DNA of 64,000 bases from Bryobacteraceae bacterium (GCA_051003795.1 JBPCKZ010000152.1:7520-71519), one strand, 5' to 3'. Positions 41,030-49,708 are shown, counted from the stretch's first letter. Program-made: numbers and translations. The notes: generated by a model from the letters alone, not told the origin.

Positions 41030-41596
41030 TCAACGCCTGAGGACCTTAAGCGGCAGACTGAGTCCCTTCGCCTTGCAGGCAATCTCCCCTTCCTTAACCG
41101 CGAAATCGTACGGCTTGCCTGCAGCGATGGCATCGTAGAAGCCCTCTGCAAACTGAATTGCGGCGACGTCATCGATAGCCGCTTCCATCCCAATAGTCAA
41201 ATCCGCCAGTGGTTCGGTGCGGGCTGCCAGTGAACTGCAAGCGTTGAGAATCACGCATTTTATGGATGGGTGGTGGGCGACGAGCGAGGATATGGCGTCG
41301 ATCGGTGAAACGGCGATTTTGCCGGACGCGTCTTCAAACAGCAGTGAATCGAAGTCGCCGTGCCCGGAGAAATGAAGTATTTCGTAACCGTCATCCAGCA
41401 GGGCGTGCCGAACATCATCAACGGTTGTGGCGTGTCGCACTTCAAGAGAGACGCAGTCTCGCGCCTTCCCGCGCTGAAGGGCGTGGCGGATAGCGCGATC
41501 CTCTTGTGTAAGCCGCAAGTTGCCGGTTCCTTCAGGGTTCGCGAAAACGACGATGACTCGTATTTTAGGAATCGCCGCGCGGGCGACATTCTCTCT
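41030..41596 (-). CDS. CHAT/caspase-like protease domain (C-terminal part of a frameshifted gene)
   Basis: ILHFSGHG (His) and VILNACSS (Cys) dyad. The frame is open upstream of the annotated TTG back to TGA 41597-41599 and reads PKIRVIVVFANPEGTGNLRLTQEDRAIRHAL, the usual CHAT N-terminal strand, with no start codon of its own. Confidence 0.7.
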   Translation of the reverse strand, partial: RENVARAAIPKIRVIVVFANPEGTGNLRLTQEDRAIRHALQRGKARDCVSLEVRHATTVDDVRHALLDDGYEILHFSGHGDFDSLLFEDASGKIAVSPIDAISSLVAHHPSIKCVILNACSSLAARTEPLADLTIGMEAAIDDVAAIQFAEGFYDAIAAGKPYDFAVKEGEIACKAKGLSLPLKVLRR

Positions 41597-42729
41597 TCAA
41601 GGCTTTGGCCGGACGTGCCCGCCTCGATTTTCAAATCTTCTGGAAGCCGCTCGACGATTCTGCGGACGGATAACACCAGTTCTTCCAATTGTCCCTGCGG
41701 GCGCTTACTTCCCGCGTAAGTCGCCCCGGCGCCAATCTGAATGGCGGCGCTGCGAAGGCTCTGGGCGGTCGTAGCGTCGGTGCGACCTACTACGTCGGCG
41801 ATTCGGAGACATAGCAGGATGAGGGCTTTATTCGTGTCGCCACGGTCAAACGGAAAACGATCAATGAGACCGGAATATCCACCAAGTCTCTCGAGGACTT
41901 GGGAAGATATTTCCAGCGACTCCCGGCTGAAGGTTTCGTGGTCCATCCGAAAGAGTTGCTCTACCCCCTCGATGTCGAGTTCCTTCGCCATGCGGCCGAC
42001 CGTCGCCTCAGGAACCAACGGGCATACGCAAAGTACATGCCCACACTGTACGCACAAGCCGGGATAACGCTTAATCAGTTCGTCCTCAAGCGAAAAAGGC
42101 GTGTCGGTTTGCTGCTGCGCCATAAGTTCATGCTCGTTGGCAAGGCCCATCAGATACGAGAAAACATCGGACGCCTCACCGGCAAAGTATTTGGGATATC
42201 GATCAAAGACGCGGACTGCTTCGGCCAGCTCGCCAAGTTCTTCGAATAATCCTGTGACGCTGCGCCCGGAGCGTGCGTCGTCAATCGAACGCGGGTAGAT
42301 ATCGGAAAACATTCGCTGCCACCCGTTCAGTGATTTGGGCCTCAGCAAAACGTTCGATTCCTTCGCCCGTTTGAGTGCCGCGTGATCGACCGTCTTGCTC
42401 GTCCCACGGGTGGTTTTGCATGGCAGGTCCTGATGGGGCTTCAGCCTGCAGTACGGACATACGTAGGGGTACTTCCGAAATACGAGTTCCTCAACGCTCG
42501 AAACGCGAAACTTGGCCATCAGGGGGAAAAACCATCCGAGGGCTTTGCAAAGAGCATCCAAAAAACTGAACCCTTCGCGTTTCTTATTCCGGGAGTGCAC
42601 GGTAAGCATTCCGCATACTTCTACGAAGTGCGTGAACGTTGCTGCCGCAGGCCGGTGAGCGTTCTGCTCACTGTACGTGTGGGCGATCATCTTATAAAAA
42701 TCGTCGAGCCTCAGTGGCGTGTCGCTCAT
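41589..42729 (-). CDS. tandem MazG-like nucleotide-pyrophosphohydrolase-type domains (N-terminal part of the frameshifted gene)
   Basis: LFEELGELAEAVR ... EASDVFSYLMGLANEH ... KRYPGLCVQCGHVLCVCP is a MazG-like core with a terminal Cys cluster. A degenerate first copy precedes it (FVEVCGML ... RKYPYVCPYCRLKPHQDLPC). Start at ATG 42729 (MSDTPLRL). The ORF tail beyond ~41590 is out of frame over the CHAT part. Confidence 0.65.
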
Positions 42730-42887
42730 GATGTGTCGCTCAATGATCGTTCGCTTGATGTATTGGACCACACGCCGGAATGACACCCACCCGGCCGACG
42801 GGGTCTAGACCCTCAGATTAGCGATCTGGTCGGGAGGTCTTTGACCTGACCGTGGGGGATCTCGCCGGGTTAGTAATGATAAACGCG

Positions 42888-43021
42888 CTTCCGTTCGCCT
42901 AACGGCCAGGATCGTCGGCAATCCGGAAGTGGGCCGCATTCCCGAATTAACACATAGGTCCTCCCTTGTCGCCCAGCGTTTACCGAACATCTCGCTCGAC
43001 GATTCAAACTGACCCACTACC
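42888..43021 (-). repeat. 134-nt terminal block (A-type end: TIR plus conserved leader), copy 1
   Basis: About 90% identical by eye to 47555-47688 in inverted orientation. Lies directly upstream of, and in the same direction as, the cargo gene. Confidence 0.9.
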
Positions 43022-43049
43022 GATTTTGTAGTCCTGAAACCTAAATGCA

Positions 43050-44783
43050 TTAACTCGCCAACTCGAGCTCAATCCTTTTCTTATCCGCGTCCAGCCTCGC
43101 GATCCGGAAACTCCTGATCTGCCCGGCCCTCGCCGGCTCTTTCTTCACCGGGGCCGACAAGTCGCTCTGCCCCTGCTTCCACTTATTCGCCAGCATCGAA
43201 CTCAACGACGAAACGTCGGCCCGCGCGCCGGCGGCCTGTTTCTCTTCCCGATTCTCGCCGGCAATGTTGCACGAAGCCCGCACGCCTTCGCCCAACTCCA
43301 CTGTTGCCTTCCCGCGTGAAACGTCCGACACCCGCCCCGTCACCATGTCGCCTTCTTTATGCTCGGCGATGTACTCGTCGACCGACGTCGGCTGTAGTTG
43401 CTTCAATCCCAGCCGTAGCCGCCGCTTCGCGCGATCCATCTCCAGCACAACCGCCCGGACCTGCTGTCCCGCCTTCAGCACGTCCTGCGGATGCTCGACC
43501 CGCTTCTCCGCGCTGATGTCGCCGACGTGGATCATCCCCTCGACGTTTTCGCCCAATTGCACGAACGCCCCGAACTTCGTGAGACTCGTGACCGGCCCTT
43601 CGACAATCGTGCCCGGCTGATATTGTTTCTCCGCTTCCGCCCACGGATCTCCGAGCGTCTGCTTCAACCCTAAAGCAATCCGGTGTTCCGCCGGATTCAC
43701 GCCCAACACAACCACTTCCACCGCGTCGCCGGGCTTCAGCACGTCGCTCGGCTTCCGCACTTTTTTCGACCACGACATTTCGGACAGATGAACCAGCCCA
43801 TCGAGCCCCGGCTCGAGTTCGACGAACGCACCGAAATCCGCGACCCGCGAAACCGTTCCCTTCACGCGGTCGCCCACGTGGAATTTTTCCGCTACCTGGG
43901 TCCACGGGTCCGGCTGAAGCTGTTTCATTCCGAGCGCAACCCGCCGCTTGTTCGGATCGATCTTCAGAATCCGGACGTCCACCTGCTGCCCGACGGTCAA
44001 AACATCGGCGGGCTTCCCGATGCGCCCCCACGAAATCTCGCCGACATGCAGCATCCCATCGATGCCGCCGATATCGACGAACGCGCCGTAATCCATGAGG
44101 CTCCGCACCGTGCCCCGCACCTCCATGCCTTCGCGCAAATCGGTGAAGCGCTGCTCGCGGGAATGCTTCTCTTCTTCTTCCAGGACCACGCGCCGGTCGA
44201 CCACCACGTCTTCATCGGCCACATCGAGCTTGATGATCCGGCAGCTGATTTCCTGCCCCACCAGCGCCTGCAGCTCGGCCGCGTCTTTCGTGCCGCTGCG
44301 CGAACCGGGCATGAACGCGCGCACGCCCACATCCACCGTGACGCCGCCCTTGATCAATCCCGCGACCACTCCGGCGATGGCCCGCTTTTCCGCGAACGCC
44401 TGTTCCAACGAAGACCAGTCCTTCGGCCGCGCCACTTTAATCAAAGAAAGCTGATAATAACCCTCCGGATCGCGCCCCGTGATCGCCGCCTGCATCTTGT
44501 CGCCCTGCTTGAGGGTCAAATTTCCCGCCGGATCGCGGAAGCCTTCAACCGGCATGATGCCCTCGGTCTTCAGCCCGACATCGAGGAAAACCGACTCGCC
44601 CGAAATCGCGACCACGGTTGCTTCCCGCCCTTCCGTCCCGCCCCCCGGGGCGTTCGTGCGCGTGCCGTGCGACCGCTCGTATTGGCTCAGGATGTCGCCG
44701 AAGGAGGTATCGGCTTCAGACGGAGTTGGGGCTTCGAGGTCGCGCGTTTCCGAGTCGCGACCCAGGGAGTTGTGATTGGCCAT
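43050..44783 (-). CDS. rpsA: 30S ribosomal protein S1
   Basis: Six S1 repeats (e.g. GTVRSLMDYGAFVDIG, GTVSRVADFGAFVEL, GPVTSLTKFGAFVQLG). Start at ATG 44783 (MANHNSLG). The 97-codon upstream ORF extension is R/H-rich and implausible. Confidence 0.93.
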   Translation of the reverse strand: MANHNSLGRDSETRDLEAPTPSEADTSFGDILSQYERSHGTRTNAPGGGTEGREATVVAISGESVFLDVGLKTEGIMPVEGFRDPAGNLTLKQGDKMQAAITGRDPEGYYQLSLIKVARPKDWSSLEQAFAEKRAIAGVVAGLIKGGVTVDVGVRAFMPGSRSGTKDAAELQALVGQEISCRIIKLDVADEDVVVDRRVVLEEEEKHSREQRFTDLREGMEVRGTVRSLMDYGAFVDIGGIDGMLHVGEISWGRIGKPADVLTVGQQVDVRILKIDPNKRRVALGMKQLQPDPWTQVAEKFHVGDRVKGTVSRVADFGAFVELEPGLDGLVHLSEMSWSKKVRKPSDVLKPGDAVEVVVLGVNPAEHRIALGLKQTLGDPWAEAEKQYQPGTIVEGPVTSLTKFGAFVQLGENVEGMIHVGDISAEKRVEHPQDVLKAGQQVRAVVLEMDRAKRRLRLGLKQLQPTSVDEYIAEHKEGDMVTGRVSDVSRGKATVELGEGVRASCNIAGENREEKQAAGARADVSSLSSMLANKWKQGQSDLSAPVKKEPARAGQIRSFRIARLDADKKRIELELAS

Positions 44784-44819
44784 GGGGATTACATTTTTAT
44801 TTTTGCATAAGATGTCTCC

Positions 44820-46079
44820 GTGGATGCTCCGACCAACGCTTCGACCAACGCTTCGAGGAACGCGCTGAAGCCGCAGGACGCCGTGCTGGTGTTGTTGTTC
44901 ACGGCGATGGCGGCGCTGAACCCGACCCACGATCCGTGGGAGATCGGCATGATCGTGACGTTGGGCCTGCTGCAAATCGCCGAACCGAAAATCGCCGTCC
45001 TCGATTCGACGCACGGCCGGATTGTTTGGATACTGCTGAAGCTCGGCGTGGGTTACCTGTTGATCGGCCTCACGCACGGCCTGAATAGCGAATATTATCT
45101 GATCCTGTTGCTGCCCGTGATCTCGGCGGCCACCTATCTTGGGGTGTTCGGAACGCTTCTGTTCACGGTGCTCGCGTGCGGAGCGTACTTATCTTTCATC
45201 TTCTTCGTCGATTGGACGGAGTTTCATATCGATGCCGATCAATTGCGCGTCTTGACCTTGCGGCTGCTTTTCCTCGCCATAGCCGCGAACCTGGTCAATA
45301 CTCTCGCCGAGGCTCTGCGCGTTCAATACTCGAAGTACAAAAGCGTGGCGGAACAACTGGTCGAAGCCAATCGTCATCTCGGCGAAGCCGAAGCGGCGAT
45401 GCGCCGCTCGGAGCGCCTGGCCGCGCTCGGCCAACTCTCGGCGGGCCTCGCGCATGAGCTGCGCAATCCGCTCGGAACCATTCGCGCATCCGCTGAAATG
45501 CTCGCGCGCGGAGTTTCGCAAGAAAACGAGGTGGCCCGCGAAGTAGCGGGGTTCATCTCATCCGAAGTCGACCGCACCAACTCGCTGGTCACGCGCTTTC
45601 TCGATTTCGCGCGCCCGCTCCATCTCCGGCTCGCTCCGGCCGATCCCGCCCAGGCCATCGACCGCGCCGTCGAATTGATCGAGCGCGATCCCGCGAAGCA
45701 TCCCGTCACGATCTATCGCAACTACTCGCCGGACCTTCGTCCGTTTCCGATGGATGCCGAATTCATGGAGCGCGTTTTCTACAATCTGCTCTTGAACGCG
45801 GTTCAGGCGACCGCGCCGGGCGGCGCCGTGACCGTCAAGACCAGGGTAGTGAATCAAACGGCGGAAATCGCGGTGATCGATCGCGGCTCGGGTATCGCCC
45901 CCGCGATCAAGGAAACCATTTTCAATCCGTTCGTCACGACCAAACCCGAGGGTGTCGGCCTGGGGCTCGCCATCGTTTCGAAGATCGTCGATGAGCACGG
46001 CGGTAACATAACAGTCGAAAGCGAACCCGGCAAGGGCAGCGTGTTCCGCGTCCATCTCCCCATCCCGGAAACCGAATGA
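44820..46079 (+). CDS. membrane sensor histidine kinase
   Basis: Multi-TM N-terminus. H-box SAGLAHELRNPLGTI. N box LLLNAVQA. DRGSGI and GVGLGLAI G boxes. Confidence 0.85.
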   Translation: MDAPTNASTNASRNALKPQDAVLVLLFTAMAALNPTHDPWEIGMIVTLGLLQIAEPKIAVLDSTHGRIVWILLKLGVGYLLIGLTHGLNSEYYLILLLPVISAATYLGVFGTLLFTVLACGAYLSFIFFVDWTEFHIDADQLRVLTLRLLFLAIAANLVNTLAEALRVQYSKYKSVAEQLVEANRHLGEAEAAMRRSERLAALGQLSAGLAHELRNPLGTIRASAEMLARGVSQENEVAREVAGFISSEVDRTNSLVTRFLDFARPLHLRLAPADPAQAIDRAVELIERDPAKHPVTIYRNYSPDLRPFPMDAEFMERVFYNLLLNAVQATAPGGAVTVKTRVVNQTAEIAVIDRGSGIAPAIKETIFNPFVTTKPEGVGLGLAIVSKIVDEHGGNITVESEPGKGSVFRVHLPIPETE

Positions 46080-47419
46080 AATCGCGCATTCTGATCGTCG
46101 AGGACGAGGAAAAACTTTGCCGCGTGATCGAGCTGCAACTCGCGTCGGAAGGTTACGAAGTTGAGAAAGCCCGCTCGGCCGAAGAAGCTCTTTCCATGAT
46201 GGATCGCGCCGATCTCATCGTCACCGATCTGCGGCTTCCCAAGATGGACGGGCTGGAGCTGCTGGCGCTCGCCCGGCGCCAGAACGCGCGCGCTCCGGTG
46301 ATCGTGATGACCGCTTATGGCACGGTGGAGACTGCGGTGGAGGCCATGAAAACGGGCGCCGTCGATTTTCTGCTGAAGCCCTTTTCGCTCGATCACTTGA
46401 GCGCCGTGGTGCGTAAAGCGCTGGAGGTTCGCAATCTTCGCGATGAGAACCGCCAGTTGCGCGAAGAGCTTGGCCAGCGATACACCTTCGACAACATCGT
46501 CGGTCGGAGCGCCCCGATGCAGGAGATTTTTGCGACCGTGATGCGCGTGGCTCCCACGCGCGCGACGGTGCTGCTGGCGGGCGAGAGCGGCGTCGGCAAA
46601 GATATGATCGCGCGCGCGATCCATTTCCATTCGCCGCGCCGCGACCGCCCGCTGGTGAAGATCAATTGCACCGCGCTGCCGGAAAATCTGATGGAGAGCG
46701 AGCTGTTCGGCTATGAAAAAGGCGCGTTCACGGGCGCTAACGTCTCGAAACCCGGAAAGTTCGAGCAAGCCGACACCGGCACCGTGTTTCTCGACGAGAT
46801 CGGCGACGTGCCCGCGTCCGTTCAGGTGAAATTATTGCGCGTGCTGCAGGAACGCGAGTTGGAACGGCTGGGAAGCAACAAGACCAAGCACATCGATGTC
46901 CGCGTGATCGCGGCGACCAATCAGGATTTGCGCGCCGCCCTCGAGCAGGGCACGTTTCGCGAGGATCTTTATTACCGCCTGAATGTCGTTCCCATCGAGA
47001 TTCCGCCGTTGCGCGAGCGCAAGCAGGATATTCCGTTTCTGGCCGGGCATTTCGTGCAGAAACTGGCCGCCGATTCGGGCAGCCGCGTGGAGAAAATCAC
47101 GCAGCCCGCGATCGACAAGCTGCTGACATATCACTGGCCCGGTAACGTCCGCGAGCTCGAAAATGTTATCGAGCGCAGCCTGGTGATGTGTACCGGGCCG
47201 GAGCTGGACGCGGCGGATATCAAGCTCGACATCCCGCGGGCACGGCAAGGTTCGGGCGATCTATCGCTGCCGGAGGGGATGAGCCTCGATCAATACGAGC
47301 AGGAACTGATTCGCCAGGCTCTCAAGAAAGCGGATGGAAACAAGAGCCAGGCCGCGCGCCTGCTCGGCCTGACGCGAAACGCCCTTCGTTACCGCCTGAC
47401 CCAAATGGGCATTGAATAA
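46076..47419 (+). CDS. sigma-54-dependent Fis-family response regulator (NtrC class)
   Basis: REC domain (ILIVEDEE ... DLRLPKMDG). AAA+ module with GESGVGKD and GAFTGA. C-terminal HTH QAARLLGLTRNALRYRL. 4-nt overlap with the kinase gene. Confidence 0.92.
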   Translation: MKSRILIVEDEEKLCRVIELQLASEGYEVEKARSAEEALSMMDRADLIVTDLRLPKMDGLELLALARRQNARAPVIVMTAYGTVETAVEAMKTGAVDFLLKPFSLDHLSAVVRKALEVRNLRDENRQLREELGQRYTFDNIVGRSAPMQEIFATVMRVAPTRATVLLAGESGVGKDMIARAIHFHSPRRDRPLVKINCTALPENLMESELFGYEKGAFTGANVSKPGKFEQADTGTVFLDEIGDVPASVQVKLLRVLQERELERLGSNKTKHIDVRVIAATNQDLRAALEQGTFREDLYYRLNVVPIEIPPLRERKQDIPFLAGHFVQKLAADSGSRVEKITQPAIDKLLTYHWPGNVRELENVIERSLVMCTGPELDAADIKLDIPRARQGSGDLSLPEGMSLDQYEQELIRQALKKADGNKSQAARLLGLTRNALRYRLTQMGIE

Positions 47420-47452
47420 CATTTGTTTGTGGCGCGGACACTCGTGTCTGCC

Positions 47453-47483
47453 GTGTCCACACTCGTGTGGACACAAGTTTTTT
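47453..47483 (+). terminator. rho-independent terminator of the response-regulator gene
   Basis: gtgtccaca-ctcg-tgtggacac (9-bp stem, 4-nt loop) followed by aagtttttt, 34 nt after the stop codon. Confidence 0.75.
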
Positions 47484-47554
47484 GCCACACGAGCCCGCGC
47501 CACAATTCCGGCTCAAGTTCAATTCTGAACGTCCGGTTTTTTGTATCACAATTC

Positions 47555-47688
47555 GGTAGTGGTCAGTTTGAATCGCCAAGCGAGATGTTCGGCAAACGCT
47601 GCGCGACAAGGGATGATCCTATGTGCTAATTCCGGAATGCGGCCACTTCCGGATTGCTGACGAATCCTGGCCATTAGGCGAACGGAAG
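47555..47688 (+). repeat. 134-nt terminal block (A-type end), copy 2
   Basis: See 42888-43021. Contains a perfect hairpin TCCGGAA-tgcggccac-TTCCGGA (47631-47653). Confidence 0.9.
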
Positions 47689-47954
47689 GGCCGATGCCCC
47701 ACTTGTAGCGTAACTTCGTGTAACCCACGGACCGGCTCCAAACAATAACCGTTCTCGTCATCTTCGCTGGACGCGATAGTAGCCCATGCGGACACGCCCA
47801 GATCGAGTGGCTCTAATGTCTCGCTGAGATTATTTATGGTTTTCGAGAGTTCCCAGGCGGCAGAGTGCAGTTCAGGGGAAATAGACTTGAGTTCTTTGAA
47901 TGATGTGGCGATCCGCTCTGTCGGAGGAACCTGAGGGACCTTCGGTTTAGGCAT
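47619..47954 (-). CDS. hypothetical small protein (divergent from the HEPN gene)
   Basis: ATG 47954 is preceded by AGGAG at a good spacing. 111 codons. The 3' third runs into the conserved terminal block, so the true end is uncertain. Confidence 0.35.
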   Translation of the reverse strand: MPKPKVPQVPPTERIATSFKELKSISPELHSAAWELSKTINNLSETLEPLDLGVSAWATIASSEDDENGYCLEPVRGLHEVTLQVGHRPFRSPNGQDSSAIRKWPHSGIST

Positions 47955-48136
47955 AGGAGCCAGCTCCTTAGATAAATTGCGCCTTTAAAGGCGGTACTGC
48001 GCAAGGCAAGAGCCGCGGATCAAACCGCCGGTATAAATGCCGCTCCGACCTTTTGGCAACGGTGTAACACGTTCCGGCCCTGCGGGCGCGTTCGCTCGGG
48101 TATGCTCATTGCCATGTTCGCAGCGACCTTGCTACG

Positions 48137-48850
48137 GTGAAAGTCATGGTTCCGAGCGGCCCACCGCCCATGACCGAGGCGGAATACTGGCGCGATTACG
48201 ACATCATCCGCAATGACGTGAATGCGGCCATGGTCAGCTGCTACACACATCGCGCCATCAACGACATATCCGTGTCAGATCAGAAAATCTACCAGAGACT
48301 CAATCGGCATCCGGACTTCTGGCGGGTTACGTCATTCAGCCTACAGAACGGTCTGTTCATAGTGCTGGCGCGCATTTTGGATTCGGACCCCAAACTGCAT
48401 TCGATCTATCAGGTCTTGAACGCGACAACCGCGCATCCGGAGTTCTTCAATAAGGCTGCACTGCGAGCACGAAAACTCAGCATTCCGGGCATCCCGCCGA
48501 ATCCACCGTGGCTGGACGAGTATGTTCAGAACGCCTGGGAACCAACCGTGCAGGACCTGCGCGCACTGAAGAAGGCCCTCGCTCCGCACAAGACGAAGTT
48601 CGACGACATCTACAAGCCGGTCCGCAACCAGATCGCCCATATCATTTTCAAAGACAAGCAGTCCATCTCGTCCCTTTACGGCAGAACGCTAAGAACAGAC
48701 ATTGATGAGATCCTCCGTTTTCTTCATAGTCTTGTGCGCGCGATCTGGGAGATGGCCCACAATGCCGCGCAACCGGATCTCAGGGGCGACAATTACGGAC
48801 GCCGATCGGGTGGCGGAAATCACGAAGGAGACACACGAGCTACTCCTTGA
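48137..48850 (+). CDS. AbiU2-like HEPN-domain protein (abortive-infection type)
   Basis: RNQIAH (R-x4-H HEPN motif) within YKPVRNQIAHIIF. Helical N-terminal region with LFIVLARILDSDPKLHSIY, as in Abi-type HEPN families. The 3' end may be frameshifted (see findings). Confidence 0.5.
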   Translation: MKVMVPSGPPPMTEAEYWRDYDIIRNDVNAAMVSCYTHRAINDISVSDQKIYQRLNRHPDFWRVTSFSLQNGLFIVLARILDSDPKLHSIYQVLNATTAHPEFFNKAALRARKLSIPGIPPNPPWLDEYVQNAWEPTVQDLRALKKALAPHKTKFDDIYKPVRNQIAHIIFKDKQSISSLYGRTLRTDIDEILRFLHSLVRAIWEMAHNAAQPDLRGDNYGRRSGGGNHEGDTRATP

Positions 48851-49021
48851 ACTTCCTACGCGCTCTTCGCGTAAAGGCGTGCGATCATAGCAGAGACTTT
48901 TGAAGCTTCAATGTTGCGTTGCTTCGAAATTCCGCTGAAGCGTGGTGACGAAGTGCTCCCCCGCAGCGATGCGGCATCATGACTAGGCAGGGAGATCATG
49001 ACCCTGCTGGAGGCAAACGCC

Positions 49022-49400
49022 ATGCCCGTCGTCTACCGTGTCGGCGGCGGGATACCCCTGATGATTAAACTGCCATATGCCGACGACAACTCTACTTGGC
49101 TCAGGGGCGATAATCCTTCAGAAACCCGACTGGAACAAGCAATATAAATGCTGGGAGACGCCGAACACTTAGTTTTTAGTGAAGTCGTCGGCGAATACTG
49201 AACCGGTTTGGCCGCGTCTACGTCATTCAGCCTTACTAAGTTCTGGAAAAATGCGCTCCGGCATGGAGTGCGAATGCTCCTGTATGGGGGAAAACCATGG
49301 TTCTTAGGTGACGGGAAAGTGGTATGTGATATCAGAAATCTGCGCATTGCAATGGCACAAGCGTGAGCTTTCCTGTCGCCTTTTTAAAAGCCTCTTCCCC
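49022..49400 (+). pseudogene. decayed Cys-rich gene (one frameshift, two in-frame TAG codons)
   Basis: MPVVYRVGGGIPLMIKLPYADDNSTWLRGDNPS continues only after a +1 shift as KPDWNKQYKCWETPNT*...MECECSCMGENHGS*VTGKWYVISE... No intact ORF spans it. Confidence 0.35.
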
Positions 49401-49708
49401 TCGGAGTCAACCGGTACCCCATCCCAGTTCCGCCGAGGACATAAACCGCGAATTATATTCCGCGCGCCGACCGCGCCCCCGACACCTTTAAGAGACTCGC
49501 CCGCGACGGCAGCGCTTGCCAGTTTTCCTCCGGCCGTATCTCGCCAGCGCTTCCGCCTGACGGGCCATGAAGGTCAGGCGGGACCAGATTGGTCGGAACT
49601 ACGGGCCCGATGCAAAGCCCCACGCTGGTTTATACATTCCGATTACTCTGAGACACCTCCACCGCTTTTCCGCCCTCTGCGGTCAGCGCAAGGAAGATGA
49701 GTCCCCGG

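Larger units (their letters stand above)
40548..43021 (-). mobile_element. 2.5-kb transposase-less TIR element (copy 1) carrying a MazG-like/CHAT gene
   Basis: GGTAGTGGTTCATTTTG (40548-40564) matches the reverse complement of 43005-43021 (GGTAGTGGGTCAGTTTG) at 15/17. An exact 8-bp direct repeat GATTTTGT lies at 40540-40547 and 43022-43029. GC is lower than in the flanks. Confidence 0.65.

Noticed and set aside
42893-42905. GTTAGGC in the conserved leader matches the integron core site GTTRRRY, suggesting attC/gene cassettes.
   Set aside because: Copy 2 has ATTAGGC. There is no paired inverse core with the imperfect-palindrome spacing of an attC, and no intI in the window. The terminal repeats plus 8-bp duplications explain the boundaries better.
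42805-43050. ORFs across the conserved leader (42805-43050 minus; 47423-47629 plus) share the peptide GQFES.SEMFGKR.ATR.D.
   Set aside because: The two copies differ by an indel upstream of the shared peptide, and copy 2 hits a stop soon after it. Substitutions show no synonymous bias, so the similarity reflects nucleotide-level conservation.
44784-45077. N-terminal extensions of rpsA (to 45077), of the DUF262 gene (to 57556) and of several other ORFs.
   Set aside because: The extensions are R/H/P-rich, lack homology-like patterns, cross a divergent gene start or a terminal inverted repeat, and internal ATGs give canonical N-termini.
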